DNA of 63,983 bases, counting the filler, from Saprolegnia diclina VS20 (Eukaryota), in assembly GCF_000281045.1 (NCBI RefSeq). It is 6 parts of 2 records of this genome, joined end to end, with 100 filler letters (N's around TTAATTAATTAA, not from the genome) between each part and the next. Parts side by side here need not be neighbours in the genome. Positions count along the whole stretch, not along the records: positions 59,961 to 61,540 come from NW_008246091.1; positions 61,641 to 62,857 come from NW_008246091.1; positions 62,958 to 63,983 come from NW_008246091.1; 3 more parts are not named here. One strand, given 5' to 3'. The notes below the pieces were generated by a model. It was not told the origin of the DNA and did not search any database. It was given only the letters and a program-made list of their open reading frames with translations. A program made the translations under genes and the position numbers. Position 1 is the first letter of the stretch, and each line of letters opens with the position of its first letter. Below are positions 59,861-63,983 of this stretch, piece by piece.

Positions 59861-61354
59861 NNNNNNNNNNNNNNNNNNNNNNNNNNNNNNNNNNNNNNNN
59901 NNNNTTAATTAATTAANNNNNNNNNNNNNNNNNNNNNNNNNNNNNNNNNNNNNNNNNNNNCTAGCGTTGCTCATATGATGCGGTCCGTGTCTATTTGATG
60001 CGTCCTACTAGTGCATAACTATTGTCAACTTCTTTCTCGTGCTCGCTAGCATATCGAAGGTGTTGGAGGTGAAGCTTGGTGGTCAGACTCACAGACTTGA
60101 TAGCACCTGTAACCAAAAAGGAGGGGGATCGATCCATATGTTGAAGTTGGAAAGGTGATGTGAGCCGCACGAGCTGCACGCCATTGAGAAGGGGAATCGA
60201 TCGGTCGGTGTCAAACTGCGCCCGAGAGACGCTCCGCAATGGAAATGGAAGCATTGTGTATCGTTTGCTACCTAGGCACAACCTCATAACACAGCACCCC
60301 CCGTTGTCTTCGCGCGGTGCAGGGGTTCGTGCCATTAACCATTCATTTCTCGGCCATTAGCGTCGTAAAAAGGCCAGCAATGAGATATTGAACCGAACCA
60401 CGATCGGTATATTTCTGGCGGGGATTTCATTGGCCCCTGTGGCCGCACGTGGCAGCTATTCTTCGTCCTTTTCGCAGAGTTCCAATCCGCACGCCCATCA
60501 GCATATAGTCAACCCGCACACCACAACAAACTCATGCAATCCTCGAGAAGCACCCTCTTACCCGCTTACTTACATGCTTCACAGCTCTCTACTGCTTCGC
60601 GAGTTCTGCCCGCCATCAATCATCGGGTAAGGTGGACTGAACCACAGAGGCGAGTGACCCGCCGGCGTCGAATGGCAACCGCAACGCGCCGCAGTATCTA
60701 GGAAACAAGGGCACTCGACACACTGTAACGCGCTTAGCTGTAGGAGGTTCCAACGATCTGGTCGGTAGTGCAGATGGCGATGATTTTGGACATCATTGAA
60801 GCAAATCTATCTCTGAGCGGCGACTGAGTTGCAAGCGCGTGAAACACTTCTGTACGCTCGCAAGGTACGGCTCAGTACTAGATTGGGGAATTGAGTCCTT
60901 GCATCGACGAGAACTGCATGCGTTGGCGCTACACGGACGTCGATTTGACGCGGAATTCGCACATGTAGTCACGTGTTAGATTCGTGGGAGGCAAGGCTCG
61001 GGTGTTTCTCGTTGAAGAAGGCGAGGAGATAGTGGCAGCAGAAAGACGACGCAGCCCTCGCTTCCTGTCACAGTCTCGCAGTAGTATGGTTGCGCTGATT
61101 CAGCCGGTGGAAATGAAAGTTGGGACTCATTCTCAGCCAAGTCGTTTTCATGGGCCTGGCTATCAGTGACATCCGCACCGCGTCGCCCAAACATCTTCTC
61201 GACGACTGTGTAATGCACGAGGAGATGCTGCAGCGTACTTCTCATTCGAGGCAAGGTGACTTGTATACCCTTCTTGTACCGTAAACCAATCAAACACAAA
61301 TGCCAAGACCTCATTCAAGAACCAAACACATATATTGATGTAAAATAGCTGCCA

Positions 61355-61540
61355 TGATAATTACGACACAAGAGGCAGTCAATGGAGATGCGACAACGCC
61401 GCTGGCGTTCCTCAGCCGCGCAGGTGGCCGACGGCCGTGTCGAGGCGGCGCGTGTCGTCAGGTGTGGGCTTGGCGATGGCCATCTCGAGGCGGCGCGTGT
61501 CATCATGGCAACAAGTGCTGCGCATTCGCTATCTCTTGGG
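61355..61540 (+). pseudogene. Degenerate ankyrin-like fragment with internal imperfect duplication
   Basis: DATTPLA followed in another frame by ADGRVEAARV and GDGHLEAARV; TCGAGGCGGCGCGTGTC occurs twice. Confidence 0.35.
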
Positions 61541-61640
61541 NNNNNNNNNNNNNNNNNNNNNNNNNNNNNNNNNNNNNNNNNNNNTTAATTAATTAANNNN
61601 NNNNNNNNNNNNNNNNNNNNNNNNNNNNNNNNNNNNNNNN

Positions 61641-61826
61641 GAGGCCAGCAATAAAGACCGACACGGCGTCCATGTCGTCCATGTTGGCGTCCGTTTCAAA
61701 GGTAAAGTCGTGGAAGTACGTGTAGATGTTGGGCAGCTCGACGTCGTCGTCGCTGGTGTAGTGCACGCTGTTCATGGCGTTGCTAAGGACTGGCGCGGGA
61801 AGGATCGTGTCGAGGGAGGCAGGCAT
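61641..61826 (-). CDS. 5' fragment of a hypothetical protein, truncated by gap
   Basis: ATG-initiated, GC3-biased acidic frame running into the gap. Confidence 0.4.
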
Positions 61827-63983
61827 GGTTTTGGAAAGTGAGAATTACCGTCAAACCGACCTGAATCAGTGGGGATCGGCAGTTGAACTCTTGTCATTGC
61901 TGCGTGGCACTTGTGCTTGTAGCGACTTTGTCGACGCAACACATCTGAACAGAGCCGTGTTATATTTCGCGCCAAATCGTGCTTGAAGTTGATCGCTCGT
62001 CGCAGAAATGGCGTTTTTATACGACCACGTGACAGGTGCGGAATGTATGTGCGCGTCTACCGCACGCATTTGCATCTTCCTCTCTACTCGTAGATTCCGC
62101 ACTTGGGACACGTCACCTGTGCAAAGACTTCCATGACGTGCGCCGGTCATTTTACAGTTGCGTGTCGAACCAGGAACGCGATTCGACATTTCGACGCATG
62201 ATATGGCTTGCTATTGCATGCGGGGTGTGACGACGAGTTGAGATGGGGATCGACTGTGCCATCACACGAGCCCGTGCGCCTTTATATGAATCTGACGTGT
62301 CCGCGTGCAGCGTATGTCAGTGCTGTCACGACTACTAGACATTGCACCACGACATTTGCTCAAAATGAAACGGCCAATTTAAGGCGAATCGAAAATCGGA
62401 GAAGAAAATGCTGGTTACTAAACGAGCAATCTTTTACGCGTCCCAGTACGCATTCTTGTGTCGTCGAATGCGCACGCTTTTCCTGAATGTGGCCAAGAAA
62501 CGAAGCCCAAATTTTGCTCAAGAATCGTCCAATCAGGACTAGTGCCCACCGAATACTGCGCGTGACAGCGACAAGTCATTGTGTGCATTGCGTGGCCATA
62601 AACCAGTCTTCCCGTCCGAGTGTGATGATATCGTTCGCAGCAACGTCCAAACCGTGCGTGTGGGCAACATAGAAGCGCAATAGAGACTGCGACGAGCATC
62701 GTTTACTGGGCTTACATGGTCCAGACCATCGTCGCCAAATTTATCACCAAATTCAAGTTGCAGTACGTCAAGGAATGTATCTATCTAGGTGCTGCGATGT
62801 ACTATTTCGATTTCACTTTCCAAAACCATGCCTGCCTCCCTCGACACGATCCTTCCCNNNNNNNNNNNNNNNNNNNNNNNNNNNNNNNNNNNNNNNNNNN
62901 NTTAATTAATTAANNNNNNNNNNNNNNNNNNNNNNNNNNNNNNNNNNNNNNNNNNNNAAAACTGCAGCAGAGGCGCCTGATGTGCCCATCATGACCGCGC
63001 TCGTTGGAGCTGTCGCACGTAACCAGGGTGTGCACCTCTGCACGTAACAATGTGGTGCCCGCTGGTATGTAGGCCAAGTGTTGCCACGAGAGCAGTGGAA
63101 GGACGACCTTGCGAGAGTGTGAATTTTGAGCAACGCGCCTATCGAAAGGAAAAGACGTGGATGAGACGGCCGTCGACCGACAGCGTCTGAAATCTCATCT
63201 CCTCGAAGCCAAGGGGGCTGCAGCTACCACATTGACCCTTCTCTGAAAAGTCGTCGGTGCAAATTGCATGGTGTCGGCAGGTAGAACCGGGGTTCTGTGA
63301 CATGCCGCTGATTTTCCGATGACGTTGCATACCGGGTGACCACGACGATCGAGCTGAGCTCATACGGGAGCATCATTTGCTGGGCAGTGATATGCTAGCG
63401 ACCACCCGCGCACCAGTACGATCACGGAGCGGGGTGCAACCGTGCCGCTTCTGCTAGTTGCCAAAACTGAGACTTGCAACTCGACGGTGCCTTCACCGGC
63501 GAAGGACGCTTCAAGGGTTCACCACAACGCTGAGCGCGCAAGGCTTGAGCTCAAGACGTAGACGCGCCTCGTTGTTGGTTCAGTCGAGCCATATAGCGAG
63601 CGCCGCTAAAAAGTCAATCATCGTGTGCGCCGTGATCTCGGGCGGCACACTATCCTCGACCCGGATGTCATCGTTGTCAAGATGCAGATGGCACCTACCG
63701 GTAGTCGACCATCTTTATCCTGTCGGTGGATTCTTGCTTCACACGCAGGAGCTGCGGTGTTCTAGCTCTGTAGGTGTTGTCCCTTTCTTCTCATGCGTTG
63801 GCATCAGGACAATCACGTCGGTGCTTGACCACCGTGCTTGACGGCATGTCATCGTACCACCCTCCATTCGTCTGAAGATGAAGCCAGACCAGCGAGCGTT
63901 TGACTCGACCACGTCCATAGACGCATTGACAATCCGAGTGGCGAGTAGCTCGGCCGCGCCCGACGACGCAACCACGAGTCACC

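Noticed and set aside
1..63983. A co-regulated zoospore signalling or cytoskeleton cluster (TRP channels, 7TM-INPP4, cyclase, EB1, kinesin tail)
   Set aside because: The genes are interspersed with unrelated housekeeping genes and separated by artificial contig joins. Nothing in the sequence shows functional clustering.

Overview
Eukaryotic, GC-rich, intron-containing genomic DNA that looks like an oomycete, most plausibly Saprolegniales. That assignment is an inference from short GT-AG introns of about 35-60 nt, strong GC3 bias and gene content. It is a draft scaffold with ten N gaps. Five of them carry an artificial TTAATTAATTAA linker, so adjacency across those five is unverified. About 20 protein-coding genes can be supported: two paralogous ankyrin-repeat TRP-like channels, two adjacent SLC25 carriers (one mitoferrin-like), a monoglyceride-lipase-type hydrolase, a LURP-one/Tubby-C-like protein, an EB1-like protein, an M14 carboxypeptidase, a signal peptide-ectodomain-7TM-INPP4 fusion, F-box/WD40, an RNI-type LRR protein, a KIF22-like HhH tail (truncated), a coiled-coil protein, a tomosyn/Lgl-like protein with an inserted PDZ-like domain, an FN3-EGF-TSP1 membrane protein, an SMI1/KNR4 (SUKH) protein, Ku70, a CCR4/nocturnin-family EEP and an ADCY10-like cyclase with altered catalytic and P-loop motifs. 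There are also degenerate gene fragments and small repeats. I found no CRISPR array, rRNA, intact tRNA or intact transposon, and no evidence for a multi-gene novel system. The most interesting signals are unusual domain architectures and motif substitutions in single signalling genes. Exon boundaries were inferred by eye and all domain calls are motif-based, with no database search.
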